Part shown: positions 12,338 to 25,917 of the stretch, piece by piece
Layout of the letters: each line of letters begins with the position of its first letter
How positions within the stretch are numbered: position 1 is the stretch's first letter
Assembly: GCA_032718475.1 (NCBI GenBank)
Contig: JAUCBJ010003327.1
Location: 1 to 36,358, forward strand
From: Nemertoderma westbladi
Lineage: Eukaryota; Animalia; Xenacoelomorpha
Direction: 5' to 3'
Length of the DNA: 36,358 bases
Translations under genes and position numbers: made by a program
The notes under the pieces: model-generated
What the model saw: only the letters and a program-made list of their open reading frames with translations
Database searches by the model: none
What the model was told of the DNA's origin: nothing

Positions 12338-13699
12338 GTGGCTTACGATGTCTTGATGCTATAACAAAGATGGTAACATTTACAAGTTCTGGCCTCACCT
12401 GGATAGAATAAGTTTGCTCAATTCATTTTGTGCTTCTTAATCGCGAGTCAATCGCGTTGTTTTTTGGGAGTAAAAAAGAGGCAGTTTAAAAATAAATTTT
12501 AAAAATCCATGTTAGAGGGGTGGATTTATATTATCAGATTTGCAGCAGTATTTAATATGTAAAATGATGTCAATGTGTCTGAATAGGTCTAATAAAACTA
12601 AATAAAACGAGACGTTTGTAGAACAACTTTTGGGAAGCAGCACCACAAAGTTGAGCCAATCACGTTTCCGTTAGTAAATGGATGGCGAGTGTGTATGTTA
12701 ACCATTCCCTACAGTGGCAGTGGATTTGGATTGTTATAACACACTCTAGGTGTTTACATTGCATTTTTCTTTCACTTTCTTTTTGAAACTTTAGGGTCGC
12801 CACGCTTTTTGAGTTTGTTAGGTTCGGTACTTATAATTAAATTAATGATACAATCTTTATTGAGTGTTAAAATTAACCTATAATTATTTAATTTTTAACA
12901 CTAGGATAAATAGTAAATATATTATAATGGAATTACCTTCGCTTACAAAGTGGCCACAACTAACTTTATGTTGAATCTGATATCTTGAATTTAATTTTTA
13001 TACCGACGGCTTATTTACAAAATACTCAAACACTATTTGCAAAATTTGTTTTCTTTGTTATTATTAAAATCTGCAGGCCATTTCGTGGTTCCCAAACGCG
13101 CTTATTTTCTCATAAAGTGAAGTAACAAATCGACCCCTTAGTTAACCATAGCAACCAGCCATGCCCACAAGTCCTTATCTATCTGTATTCAAACTAACAG
13201 ATCTGGCAAGTCATAATACCCATGTCCTAATCACATATTTTGTAGAAATTAGCCATGTCCAACAACGAGGGTGGGTTTTACAATAATGAGCTATGCTGTC
13301 CATTGAGTTTTTTTCCGTTTTCCAAATTTTTTCCATTGAAAAAACATTATCTTTATCATCAAATATACTTAAAACGCATTATTCTCGGAATGACAAAATG
13401 AGGACATGGCTGGATAGTGGATATGGTTCTAAGTCAAATAATTGAATGAAGTTGGAAGCTTGTTTTCTATTGGTGGTTGATCTTAACTTTCTTCAAATAT
13501 TGCAGAATAAATAAGTTATTTTTTGAAAATCCACGGTTAATAACTTACTGAAGTACATTGGATGTTACCATTAATTATTAAATTTTGATGTGATGTAATT
13601 CAGTAAAATTCATTTCTTAACGAAGACATGTCATTAATCTGAAGCACTGCTTTTAACTTTTTAATGTTATTCCACCAAAACCCGCCCCCGAAAGGCCAT

Positions 13700-13942
13700 G
13701 AATACAAACGCGATATCGCGCAAACGTCCGCGTCTACTGACGCATGGAATGTCTCCTTGAATGGCTTTACTACCAATCTTACAACAATAAACATTCACCG
13801 GAATGGGGGGATTGAACTCGGTACCTGCTGAGCCACTGGGGCCGTATCGATCCCTAATACCAAAAGTTAGCGAGAATTAACAACAACAAACATAACAACA
13901 ACAACGGAGTGAATACTAAAGGTCTCGCTACGCGAACCTAAT
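13700..13942. mobile_element. Short interspersed element, copy 1 (Helentron/HINE-like or SINE-derived)
   Basis: Homologous to 20128-20400; starts near CGCGATATCGCG, has an (AAC)n tract and a terminal hairpin AGGTCTCGCTACGCGAACCT; the tRNA-like part is partly deleted. Confidence 0.7.
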
Positions 13943-14609
13943 AATTCGAATATTAAAAAGATATTTTCTCGGAAATATAAAATACATTTTGAAAATAAGC
14001 TGTTGATAGTAAAACATTGCCGCCTTTCTCCTTTTTGGTCATGTTATTTGCCTATTTTTGTTTTAATTCTTTCTTAGCAGTCAAATTATATAATTTATTC
14101 GGTAAAAATCAGAGTGGGTCTTGTTTTATATTACGAAGTTTGTTAGAATTCGCAATGATATGAGAATTAAATTCAATAACATTATTTTAATTAGCTTTGA
14201 AGTCGTAAATATAATAACACCAGGTTGCAACGTTGGAATAAAACACAAAATAAATTCGCATTCAATGTAAACTGTATTTTTTGGATTCTATATTACATTA
14301 TGTTATTGATAAAAAGTCTCTAAAACTTTTTATTTTCAAGTATGTTGTTCTTCACACCGTATTAATTTATTTTAAAATTGAAAAGAATATAAAATGGGGT
14401 AGGTGTAAAACGCGGATCCGGATCCGGATTCAGGATCCGGATACGGATCAGGACCCGGATTTGCGAGTGTAAAAGGCGGATCCGGATTTGCATACAATCC
14501 GTAACTGAGTGTAATATGCGGATTCTGAAATACGCAATCCGTATTGCAGTGTAAAACGCGGATTCATATATTTTATGAATCCGGAGTGGAGTGTAAAATA
14601 CGGATTTTC

Positions 14610-16840
14610 GTTAATTACCAAGTTTTATTGGATCCGGAATGGAGTGTAAAACACGGATTTTCGTAATTACCAAGTTTTGTTGGATCCGGAATGGAGTGTA
14701 AAACACGGATTTTCGTAATTACCAAGTTTTGTTGGATCCGGAATGGAGTGTAAAACACGGATTTTCGTAATTACCAAGTTTTGTTGGATCCGGAATGGAG
14801 TGTAAAACACGGATTTTCGTTAATTACCAAGTTTTGTTGGATCCGGAATGGAGTGTAAAACACGGATTTTCGTGAATTACCAAGTTTTATTGGATCCGGA
14901 ATGGAGTGTAAAACACGGATTTATGTTAATTACCAAGTTTTATTGGATCCGGAATGGAGTGTAAAACACGGATTTTCGTTAATTACCAAGTTTTGTTGGA
15001 TCCGGAATGGAGTGTAAAACACGGATTTTCGTTAATTACCAAGTTTTATTGGATCCGGAATGGAGTGTAAACCACGGATTTTCGTAATTACCAAGTTTTG
15101 TTGGATCCGGAATGGAGTGTAAAACACGGATTTTCGTTAATTACCAAGTTTTGTTGGATCCGGAATGGAGTGTAAAACACGGATTTTCGTTAATTACCAA
15201 GTTTTGTTGGATCCGGAATGGAGTGTAAAACACGGATTTTCGTTAATTACCAAGTTTTGTTGGATCCGGAATGGAGTGTAAAACACGGATTTCGTTAATA
15301 ACCAAATTTTGTTGGATCCGGAATGTAGTGTAAAACACGGATTTTCGTAATTACCAAGTTTTGTTGGATCCGGAATGGAGTGTAAAACACGGATTTTCGT
15401 TAATTACCAAGTTTTGTTGGATCCGGAATGGAGTGTAAAACACGGATTTTCGTTAATTACCAAGTTTTATTGGATCCGGAATGGAGTGTAAAACACGGAT
15501 TTTCGTTAATTACCAAGTTTTGTTGGATCCGGAATGGAGTGTAAAACACGGATTTTCGTTAATTACCAAGTTTTGTTGGATCCGGAATGGAGTGTAAAAC
15601 ACGGATTTTCGTTAATTACCAAGTTTTGTTGGATCCGGAATGGAGTGTAAAACACGGATTTTCGTTAATTACCAAGTTTTGTTGGATCCGGAATGGAGTG
15701 TAAAACACGGATTTTCGTGAATTACCAAGTTTTATTGGATCCGGAATGGAGTGTAAAACACGGATTTTCGTTAATTACCAAGTTTTATTGGATCCGGAAT
15801 GGAGTGTAAAACACGGATTTTCGTTAATTACCAAGTTTTGTTGGATCCGGAATGGAGTGTAAAACACGGATTTTCGTTAATTACCAAGTTTTGTTGGATC
15901 CGGAATGGAGTGTAAAACACGGATTTTCGTTAATTACCAAGTTTTGTTGGATCCGGAATGGAGTGTAAAACACGGATTTTCGTTAATTACCAAGTTTTGT
16001 TGGATCCGGAATGGAGTGTAAAACACGGATTTTCGTTAATTACCAAGTTTTGTTGGATCCGGAATGGAGTGTAAAACACGGATTTTCGTTAATTACCAAG
16101 TTTTGTTGGATCCGGAATGGAGTGTAAAACACGGATTTTCGTTAATTACCAAGTTTTATTGGATCCGGAATGGAGTGTAAAACACGGATTTTCGTTAATT
16201 ACCAAGTTTTGTTGGATCCGGAATGGAGTGTAAAACACGGATTTTCGTTAATTACCAAGTTTTGTTGGATCCGGAATGGAGTGTAAAACACGGATTTTCG
16301 TTAATTACCAAGTTTTGTTGGATCCGGAATGGAGTGTAAAACACGGATTTTCGTTAATTACCAAGTTTTGTTGGATCCGGAATGGAGTGTAAAACACGGA
16401 TTTCGTTAATAACCAAGTTTTGTTGGATCCGGAATGTAGTGTAAAACACGGATTTTCGTAATTACCAAGTTTTGTTGGATCCGGAATGGAGTGTAAAACA
16501 CGGATTTTCGTTAATTACCAAGTTTTGTTGGATCCGGAATGGAGTGTAAAACACGGATTTTCGTTAATTACCAAGTTTTGTTGGATCCGGAATGGAGTGT
16601 AAAACACGGATTTTCGTTAATTACCAAGTTTTATTGGATCCGGAATGGAGTGTAATACACGGATTTTCGTGAATTACCAAGTTTTAATGGATCCGGAAAG
16701 GGGTGTAAAACGCGGATTCAATTTATTTACAAAGTGTTACTAGATCCGGGAAGTGGTGTAAAACGCGGATTGATTCAGGTTAATTACAAAGTGTTACTGG
16801 ATCCGGGAAGGGGTGTAAAATGCGGATTTACGTTAATTAC
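14610..16840 (+). repeat. 53-bp satellite, ~40 copies (left arm)
   Basis: Unit GGATCCGGAATGGAGTGTAAAACACGGATTTTCGTTAATTACCAAGTTTTGTT (period 53, e.g. 15843 to 15896). Confidence 0.97.
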
Positions 16841-17604
16841 TGAGTTTGTTAATGAGGGACACAACTATTAATGAGGTACAAACATTAATGAGGGACACAA
16901 ACATTAATGGGGGACACCTTAATAGTTAATAGACACCTTAATAATTTGTCTATGTCTAGGGGCCACACATAAGCTTAATCCGGCTCTGGGGGACACCTTA
17001 ATAGGGGTCAATGCTTCCCAATGAATTATTAATAAGGGCGATGGTGATGTTTGGCCGTCAGACATTATTAGATATTGATTAGCTGAAAAACTACTACCGT
17101 GGGAACGTGACCTCTCTGGTAGAGCAGCTCTGTAGACAATTGTATGGTAGGATTACTGTCCTGTTCCCTGATTGGCTTATCCATCCCAACCTCCCTTACA
17201 AACAAGAATCACTGTTCTGCCTAGCTGGCGGTAGTTTGTACTGCATCATAGCGTACTCTATTTAAGGCCTTGCAAGCTTGCTGCCTTCCTAATTTATGGA
17301 GGCTGAACTGTTCAGTATAATTTCTTATTTAATTTCTTATTAAACATGGATGACAGTGATGACTTTGTAAAGGTTCCATTTACGGGATTCGTTATTCCGA
17401 GTCCAACCAATGATACAGCCATTGTTGAGCCGCTTGAACTCACTACCCAAACATCGTGCACCCCGAGTCCGGAGAAGAAAAAAACCAGGAAAGTCAGCAA
17501 GCCAAGAAAAGTTACTAAAGAACAATAAACATTGCACTAATTAATAATTGTAACTAGATGAGGGTCTGGGTCTTTATTGCATATGCGTTTTATAAATTGT
17601 TCAT

Positions 17605-18532
17605 TAAAACTTACTAATTAACTTGAATCCGCGTTTTACACCCCTTCCCGGATCCAATAAAACTTGGTAATTAACATAAATCCGTGTTTTACACTCCATC
17701 CCGGATCCAATAAAACTTGGTAATTAACATAAATCCGTGTTTTACACTCCATTCCGGATCCAATAAAACTTGGTAATTAACGTAAATCCGTGTTTTACAC
17801 TCCATTCCGGATCCAATAAAACTTGATAATTAACGTAAATCCGTGTTTTACACTCCATTCCGGATCCAATAAAACTTGATAATTAACGTAAATCCGTGTT
17901 TTACACTCCATTCCGGATCCAATAAAACTTAGTAATTAACGCAAATCCGCGTTTTACACCCCTTCCCGGATCCAATAAAACTTGGTAATTAACGCAAATC
18001 CGCGTTTTACACCCCTTCCCGGATCCAATAAAACTTAGTAATTAACGCAAATCCGCGTTTTACACCCCTTCCCGGATCCAATAAAACATGGTAATTAACT
18101 TGAATCCGCGTTTTACACTCCATTCCGGATCCAATAAAACTTAATAATTAACGTAAATCCGTGTTTTACACTCCATTCCGGATCCAATAAAACTTAGTAA
18201 TTAACGTAAATCCGTGTTTTACACTCCATTCCGGATCCAATAAAACTTGATAATTAACGTAAATCCGTGTTTTACACTCCATTCCGGATCCAATAAAACT
18301 TAGTAATTAACGTAAATCCGCGTTTTACACCCCTTCCCGGATCCAATAAAACTTGGTAATTAACTAGAATCCGCGTTTTACACCCCTTCCCGGATCCAAT
18401 AAAACATGGTAATTAATTTGAATCCGCGTTTTACACCCCTTCCCGGATTTAATAAAACTTTGTAATAAACCTGAATCCGTATTTTACACCCAATCCCGGA
18501 TTCAGTAGAAATATGAATCCGCGTTTTACACT
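17605..18532 (-). repeat. 53-bp satellite, ~17 copies, inverted (right arm)
   Basis: AATCCGTGTTTTACACTCCATTCCGGATCCAATAAAACTT... is the reverse complement of the left-arm unit. Confidence 0.95.
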
Positions 18533-19618
18533 CCGTTCAGGATTTAGCCTAAAACATGAACTGGGCTATTTACTCATAGGTTAATAATAAAATTCATAAA
18601 TTTATATTAAATTAATTTGCTTATTTTTTTTATTATTACTTTGTAATTATTAATTACTCTGCTTGTTTCTTATCACATCAGTGTTTATTATGATGTAATA
18701 AATTCACAATACAAATAATTTAGCTTTAATATGGTTGATAATAATTATAAGTTTGTTGTGTTATGAATTAATTAATTATCAGCTGTATTGTCTTGTAATT
18801 ATCGCTTGTGACACACATTTAAAGGTCATGTTAATTAATATTTTCGGATGTGATAACTGAGATTTCATTGTCGGGCCTATTGCATAGATTATATTTTTAA
18901 AAACAAAGATTTTATTTTAATTTTGTGTCATTAATTAATAATACAATAAAATAGTTATCTGGAAAATATAAATAATTTAATTTGCAATCGGTTTACATCT
19001 ATTTAATTGGAGATAATTAATTTGTTGGATATGATTATTAATTGTTGTCTGTTTAAATGTTCTTGCCCTTTCATCATTTCATTACTGAGTCTTGTTTCTC
19101 AACAAAATAGCACCATTTTTGGTACCAAATTGTTTTATAAGAACTCGCGGAGTCTTTAATTAGCTATATATTTAGAATTTAGGAGTTATTCTTATTATAT
19201 GTTATTATGAGATTTCGGTTTGAAAATTAACAAATTTCTGTTTTTTTCAGTTGTTTGTCGATTATTTTAACGATGCGCAACGATTAACCTATCTATATAT
19301 TAGGATGACCATTATTTTGGTTATTCCTAAAGGAAACATCGTTTATTTTCTGTTTAATTTGTTTAATTTCTGTTTAATTATATCTAAATGCTAGAATATT
19401 GATTGACTACAGTATTTCTACTATTACTTCTTTAATTTGCTGCTATTTTTTTTGTTTATTAATAATTAACTATATTATTTCATATTATTCGGGATTTCAT
19501 CATCATTTTGGTGAATATTATATTAAAACAAGTAAATCTTTCAGTCCTGATTTTTAACTTTAACTTACCGGGATCTCAGATAATCAGAAAAGATGGAGTC
19601 CGCTTCTTTAAGCGCCTT

Positions 19619-19878
19619 TACTACTACTACTAGGTCGAGCGAACATGGACAGTGGAAATGAGATCCTTCCAGGCTTCCTGTCTTAGTACTTACTCTTCAG
19701 GTGCCTCTGTGTCGCAATATAACAATCCAATGCCAGCAACAATTACTTCTGGTATTCCATAAGATCTTAGGATTTCAACCATTTTACCTCAATGGATGGA
19801 GTTGAATGCTTTCTTGAAGTCCACAAAAGTCAGGACAGCGGGGAGATTCTTTGACTTAATTCCTTCAATCAGTCTCCA
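19619..19878 (-). mobile_element. RTE-like LINE fragment (RT piece joined to the 3' end with TAG tail)
   Basis: Minus strand translates RLIEGIKSKN..LTFVDFKKAFNSIH*GKMVEILRSYGIPE; 3' end GGAAGCCTGGAAGGATCTCATTTCC...CGACC(TAG)n matches 21860-21920. Confidence 0.85.
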
Positions 19879-20127
19879 TCCGCAAGTAACTGAGCTATTG
19901 TTGATCTATTTGGAAATGTCCAATATAGAAATATACATTGTAATTCATTTTATTGTTTTTAGCGACGGGGTAAATAAAACAATATTATATCAAGCTACTG
20001 TAGTTTCTTATTGATATGAATAACAGACATTCTTACTTTCAGCTCTAGAAGGTTCAAATTTTAGAGGCAATTATCTCGTATTTCCATTTTCATTTTAAAA
20101 TTATTACTCTAAATCTAAAAACCAATA

Positions 20128-20400
20128 AAACAAGCGCGATATCGCGCTAAGGTCCGCTTCTACTGACGCATGAACTGCCTCCTTGAATGGCTTACTACCA
20201 ATCTTACAACATAAAACATTCACCGGAATGGGGGATTGAACTCGGTACCTAGAGATTCCAAGTCCCACGCTCTGCGGTACCAACTGCTGCTGCTGGGGCC
20301 GTATCAAGCCTTAATACCAAAACCTCTGGAAATTAACAACAACACCAACAACAACAACGGAGTGATTACTACAGTAGAGGTCTCGCTAAGCGGACCTAAA
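20128..20400. mobile_element. Short interspersed element, copy 2, with a tRNA-like segment on the minus strand
   Basis: Minus strand 20286->20222 reads CAGTTGGT...GGGA-CTTGGAA-TCTC...GAGTTCAATCCCC (A box, TGG anticodon loop, B box); terminal hairpin AGGTCTCGCTAAGCGGACCT. Confidence 0.7.
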
Positions 20401-20431
20401 AACACACGTATAGCGGTTATTTATATCCCGG

Positions 20432-21920
20432 CTTTCATCCTTGTAAACAAAAAGTGGAGAAACAGCATGATTAACTTCCAGGCATACAGCTCGTTCATCC
20501 TAATTGGTTCAGACCACAGAATTGTGACTGCAGAGATCAGACTCAGTTTGAGAGCCAGCAAACCCAGGACAAGCAAGCAAATGAACTATGACTGGGAGAA
20601 ACTCAGAACTGACAATGCTGTAAAGGATGCTTACACAGAAGAAGTCCAAAACCGCTTTGAAGCACTTCAGTCAATGGATGAAGACCAGTCCACCGATTCA
20701 CTATACCAGAATATAATAACAGCCCACAAGGAATCAGCTAAGAGGCATATCCCCCAGAAACCCAAACGAAAACAATATGTGCCATGGCAAAACTCTGAGG
20801 TTACTTGTTAGAGAGAAGATCTTAAGATAGCCTACAAAGTTAAAACCGAACAACCAACAACCGAAAACATTACCAAGGTTGAGAAAGCTAAGGACGATCT
20901 TAAATTGGCCTACAACATCAGCCAGGAAAAGTACATACAGGATAAAATTGAAGCAATTACAACTGCTCACATACAGCAACAATCAAGACTTACCTGGCAA
21001 ACTGTAAATGAGGTATCTGGTCGGAAAAGTTGTGCAAAGGGGCGCCTCAAAGCCGATAGTCCTGAAGAACGTGTTGGGAAGTGGAAAAATCACTTCAGCA
21101 ACTTGCTTGGGCAGCCACCAAACATCGAGGTCAGCCCTACAAGGAAAATATATGACAAGACACTACCTATAGAAACAGGGGACTTCACACCACCGAACTC
21201 CAAAGAAGCATTAAAAGCATGTCCAATAATAAAGCGAGTGGATTAGATGAAATCCCAGCGGAGGTATGAAAAACAGGAGTGCTAAACTAATTATTGGATG
21301 TTTGTATCCGGATGCTGAAAGGGGAAAAGCCACCACCAATTTGGACTATAGGTCAAATAAAGCCTCTCCCCAAGAAAGGTGACCTCGGTATACCAACAAA
21401 CTATCGTGGGATCTGTCTGCTTGTGGTAGCTGCCGAAATATACAACAAAATGATTCTACTGTATATAGAATTATTTGGCCTCACATAGAGAAACTACTGC
21501 GTAAGAGCCAAAACGGATTTCGACCAAATAGATCAACAATTAATAGCTCATATACTGGCGCTAAGGAGGTTGGTTGAAGGAATTTGTGGATTTCCAGAAA
21601 GCATTGTACTCCATCGACAGAGTTAAAAAGCTGGAAATACTAAGAGCTTATGGAATACCAGATGTAATTGTCGCTGGCGTTGTGTTGTTATATTGTTTAT
21701 CTCATATCTGGAGAAGCAAGTAGTCATACCAGATCTACTTTTCTGGCAACCAACTCATGGAAAGCGTAGTTGTGGACGACCTGCCATAACATATATAGAT
21801 CAACTTGAACGGGATACTGAACTTAGGAGAAACGAAATTGCGACAACTATGGAGAATCGGGAAGCCTGGAAGGATCTCATTTCCACTGTCCGAGTTCGCT
21901 CGACCTAGTAGTAGTATTAG
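20432..21920 (+). mobile_element. Degenerate RTE-clade LINE (end of APE domain, RT N-terminus, C-terminus; RT core deleted)
   Basis: GSDHRIV (APE), PLPKKGDLGIPTNYRGICLL, GFRPNRST, YGIP and HGKRSCGRPAITYIDQL; many stops; (TAG)n tail. Confidence 0.9.
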
Positions 21921-23254
21921 TATATTCCAGAAACATTGCTACTCCAGTTCCGGACGCATTGATATGGTCCTTTCATTAAAAGTTAGTGGGAAAATTAAAA
22001 TGCAGGAGTCTGGTAGTATTGAACAATACAAGTAACTAAGGCCGAAAATAATGATTTTTATTGCGTTGGGCTTGCCTAACCCCATGCCCAATGCCCCCTC
22101 GCTGCTATTATAGACCCACATACACCTTGACACATTCGCTCTGAGAGAACCGCACTTGGGCCTATTTAGCTCGACAACTTCATATAGATATATAATAATA
22201 TGTGGCGATTAACAGGCTGCGTCGACTAGGTGGTCATTGAATAGAGGTCGTTTCTGAGTCATAGCGTCGAAATATTTGCACCCACTCACTCTATTTAATA
22301 ATACAAACAACACGCATCAGCACACTATAATAAGGTGGCGCTCACAAACAAGTAGGCCTAGGTATATAAATAGTAGAACATTTTTCATACTGTAATCGAT
22401 CGAAAATGCCATATCAAATATTTTGCAATTTCGCTGGACAATGCTACGTGAAATAATGAAGGTCTACTCCCTACCAATATCTAATGTCACCAAACTGATT
22501 GAGTTATGAACAGTATCCCGGACTCCACCTGTTTGGTATTGCTATACTACTACTACTATCACTACTATCGGCATTCTGCATTAAATATATTACTCGTTCG
22601 TGGGGCCTTCGCGCTGCACGAGAGTCGAAATTAGAAAGTACATTATACTAATCTCTATTAGATATACGAAAACCGTCTTTCCTAAAATATATATGAGTGA
22701 TTGCGATGCTATCAGTTTGCGATAAACTAGTTGTAAAACAGAGGCCATTTCAGTTTGCCCTTACAGACTTTAACTATCATTTGTAAACCTTCTAACTAGG
22801 GCTATTTAAATTAAGTATGACATACACTTCTCCTTAATTACCCTTGTTGTGCTCATCTTGTTTTATCTTAAAATAATTTTCCTATACGGAGACTAACGAC
22901 CTTTATAACTATGCAAAGTCTCGAAACTGTGAGAGTAACTGCTGATTTATGGCAGATGGATACTCGTATCCACTATATAAACTCGTTGCGTTCGTTCGTT
23001 TTTTACCAATCTTCCGATTCTTTCTAAACTTTTGCCGGACTACATACGTTCCAAGTTTCGTTTAATTTCATCAAGGAATGACCGAGTTATTAGTGATCAA
23101 AAATTTACGACAGACGACGACGACAGACAACTCAGTAATGGCACCCATATGCTTAGGCTTCGCTCATTTCGTGGCTTGCCCCACATATATATTAACAATG
23201 TTGTGCCGGCTTGTCGATAAAATTACGCCGCCACAACTCCCTATCACGCATGAC

Positions 23255-23730
23255 ATTTGTTAGATCATCCGCATCTTCAAGGCCAGTGTCCTTTAAGATG
23301 CGTCTCAAGAATGTTATGTGCTGTCCTGTCCACTATGCTTACTCACTCCATGAGGATGCCAAAGCACAAGGCTATGCACTGGCTGGTCGTCCTGACGAAA
23401 GCAATTTCCTGCAAAGCTCAGGCGGCTCCATTCAAGTGTCAAGCCAGGGGAGACAAATGAGACACCTCCAATGTTATATAGTGTCTGGTTGGAGATGTGT
23501 GCATTGTACTTGACACAATGAACCCGGCGTAGCATTCTTGTGAATGTGCCATCCAGAGATTTGGTGTCCTCAGCAGTTAGAGCCCAGCATGGACTCCCAG
23601 GAGTAGGCCTACTGGGGTTTTACTTCTGCCATAAATAATCGAACCTTAAGGTTTCGTTTTATTCTATGAGACTTCCAAATCCTGGACAGATTATTCAATG
23701 TTACCCATACTTCCCCTTACGTATCCGAAG
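23255..23730 (-). mobile_element. 3' fragment of an RTE-like LINE, same family as 31697-34288
   Basis: Minus strand LSRIWKSHRIKRNLKVRLF...GSPCWALT...LDGTFTRMLRRVH aligns with 34146-34288. Confidence 0.85.
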
Positions 23731-25219
23731 GTATTCTATTGACAAACTACCGGTAATGTCCGGAGATGATAATTCATACAATATTGGGGTCAAAAATTAT
23801 TAAAAGTGGTCAAACTTAAAATGGGATTTTTGTCAAAAAATCTTTCTTTCAAAACCTATAAACATATATATCATTCGAAAGCTCTTTTTAATTAGGTAAA
23901 AAATTAAAAATGTCGAAATATTTTATCGAAATTTATCGAAATAAATGTTAATAATATGTTACATTAATTTTGTTTTGCGCCATAGGTACCGGTACTTTGT
24001 TAATTAAAGGCACTTATTTTACAATGGTTCAAATCATATACATTTCAATGTACTATAAACTTAATCATTTACGAATACTTAGTGCACAGGTATAGTACTC
24101 TACTCGCCCCATTTACAAACCTCGTTACCGTTACGCTCGTTCTCTCCATTTAGTCGTCATATTGTCTATCCTATAATAAATTGAATGTAGAACAGCCCTT
24201 TCTTTCACTTTTAAACATACTGGGTGCTCAAATTAAGCACCTTTATCCTTAAATAAGAACCATCTTTAGGTGCTAATTGAACTTAAAATTAAACGCACCT
24301 TAAATTAATTAAATAGAAGATTATCGGTACATTTATTAGAAATAGTGTAAAAGTGAATATATAATTGTGTTGAAGTGGTGTATGAAAAATAGTTAAAAAT
24401 TAAAGAAATAATTGTAAAAAAATTGTGAAAAATTATCTTCATTTCCCATTTTGTGTTGTACAGGATCTATTTTTAAATAACTATTTCTAATTTGTAAAGT
24501 CACTGATCTCTGGGTAAAATGTCTGTTTTCAATACCCGGGAACCAGAGACCTATCCAGAGACCAAAAAACTGCCCGGAGAATCCAGAGATCAGTGACAAG
24601 TCTCTGTTTCAACTCTAGCTTGGATATACCAAAGTCTTTAAATGCGTTTTTTGAGTAAATTTTCCATTCATCAATCCCTGAAACTTCAGCCACGAATTCC
24701 CCATATCTCGAAAATAAATACTGGAGCTCTTACATTTTTATTGGCCTCACTTAAAAGAGAACATAATTTTAGTTAGGGACAAGTTCTTTCGACGCGCTAT
24801 TCAGGGATTATATCTAAGATAAATAACTGGCCCACTAAATTTAGGGCCTTTGCAGCGGAATTAGCCCCCCCCCCCCCACCCCCTAATAGTAAAGTTTTGT
24901 TGACGTAAAATATTTTAATTTTTCTTTAAATATATTTACGATTCCCATTGCACTTTATAAAATAACAACGCGATAAGTCGTATTATAGAGACGAAAGCTG
25001 TAAACGAAATTATAAAATAAAAACAGTAAGTAAACCGGGGTTTATGTAAATCAGCCATAAATTCCAAAGAAATCTTACGGTCGCTGCTTTATTGATTAAC
25101 TTCAATGGATGAAACAATGATTGTAGCCGATCTGTTAAAAAAAAACAGTTTATAATATATTTCACTATAGTTTGGTACAAACAGCTAAAACAACAAAACA
25201 AAACAAGGAAATATATCAG

Positions 25220-25251
<32 letters not shown>

Positions 25252-25252
25252 A
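25220..25252. repeat. (AGTT)n microsatellite in the eIF4A3 3' UTR
   Basis: About 7-8 AGTT units just after the stop codon; candidate AATAAA on the minus strand at 25088-25093. Confidence 0.85.
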
Positions 25253-25259
25253 CGGCCTG

Positions 25260-25628
25260 TTATATTAAATCAGCTACGTTCATCGGCATCTCGTCGATTT
25301 GTGTTGAGTAATATTGTTCGATATCCCGGAGGATTCGAATATCGTCGTTCTTCACGAAGTTTATCGAGACCCCTCTCCGTCCGTAACGACCAGAGCGTCC
25401 GATACGATGGATGTAGAGTTCCCGGTTGTTCGGGAGGTCGTAGTTGATCACCAAGGACACCTGGGGGACGTCTATCCCCCGGGACCACACGTCCGTGGTT
25501 ATCAGCACCCGGGTCTCCCCGGCTCGGAACTCCTTCATTATGAGGTCGCGTTCCTTCTGCGGCATGTCGCCGTGCATCGAGGACACCGTGAAGTTGGCCT
25601 CTCGCATCTTCTCAGTCAGCCATTCCAC
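25260..25628 (-). CDS. EIF4A3: eIF4A3 coding exon 3
   Basis: TTTCCAG|GTGGAATGG acceptor; VEWLTEKM...[11 protein letters not shown]...[12 protein letters not shown] is the typical eIF4AIII C-terminus. Confidence 0.95.
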   Translation of the reverse strand: MEWLTEKMREANFTVSSMHGDMPQKERDLIMKEFRAGETRVLITTDVWSRGIDVPQVSLVINYDLPNNRELYIHRIGRSGRYGRRGVSINFVKNDDIRILRDIEQYYSTQIDEMPMNVADLI

Positions 25629-25739
25629 CTGGAAATGGTATAAATATTCCTTAATATATATTGGTAACGACAGAGAATCGTAACTGGATGGCCAGCCAGG
25701 AAGATGGCTAGTCAACGTAAAAGATGCGTTACCTATCTG

Positions 25740-25808
25740 ATCTGTGGTAACCCAAGCAAATCACACTCGGTATTATCTGTGGTAACCCAAGCAAATCACA
25801 CTCGGTAT
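25740..25808. repeat. ~35-bp direct duplication in eIF4A3 intron 2
   Basis: ATCTGTGGTAACCCAAGCAAATCACACTCGGTATT occurs twice in tandem. Confidence 0.9.
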
Positions 25809-25917
25809 TGCCTGACTATCTGTCGATCCTTTCAACGGAAAACGGAACAGAAATATCCTCATATAGATACGTATATATGATACAAAAATTTATTTATTTA
25901 TCTTTGAATCAGTTTAC

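Larger units (their letters stand above)
14396..18532. mobile_element. Foldback-type (possibly MULE-related) element with satellite-filled inverted arms; right end truncated
   Basis: Left terminus GGGGTAGGTGTAAAACGCGGATCCGGATCC; 14548-14606 matches the reverse complement of ~18475-18532; the two arrays are in opposite orientation. Confidence 0.8.

Noticed and set aside
14610-18532. CRISPR-like regular arrays (also 1368-2040 and 6405-8376)
   Set aside because: Head-to-tail units with no unique spacers, no cas genes, and a eukaryotic context.
20222-20290. Functional tRNA-Pro gene
   Set aside because: No convincing acceptor stem; it is embedded in a repeat and deleted in the second copy.
20236-20811. 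191-aa ORF
   Set aside because: Chance fusion of the interspersed element and the truncated LINE endonuclease end.
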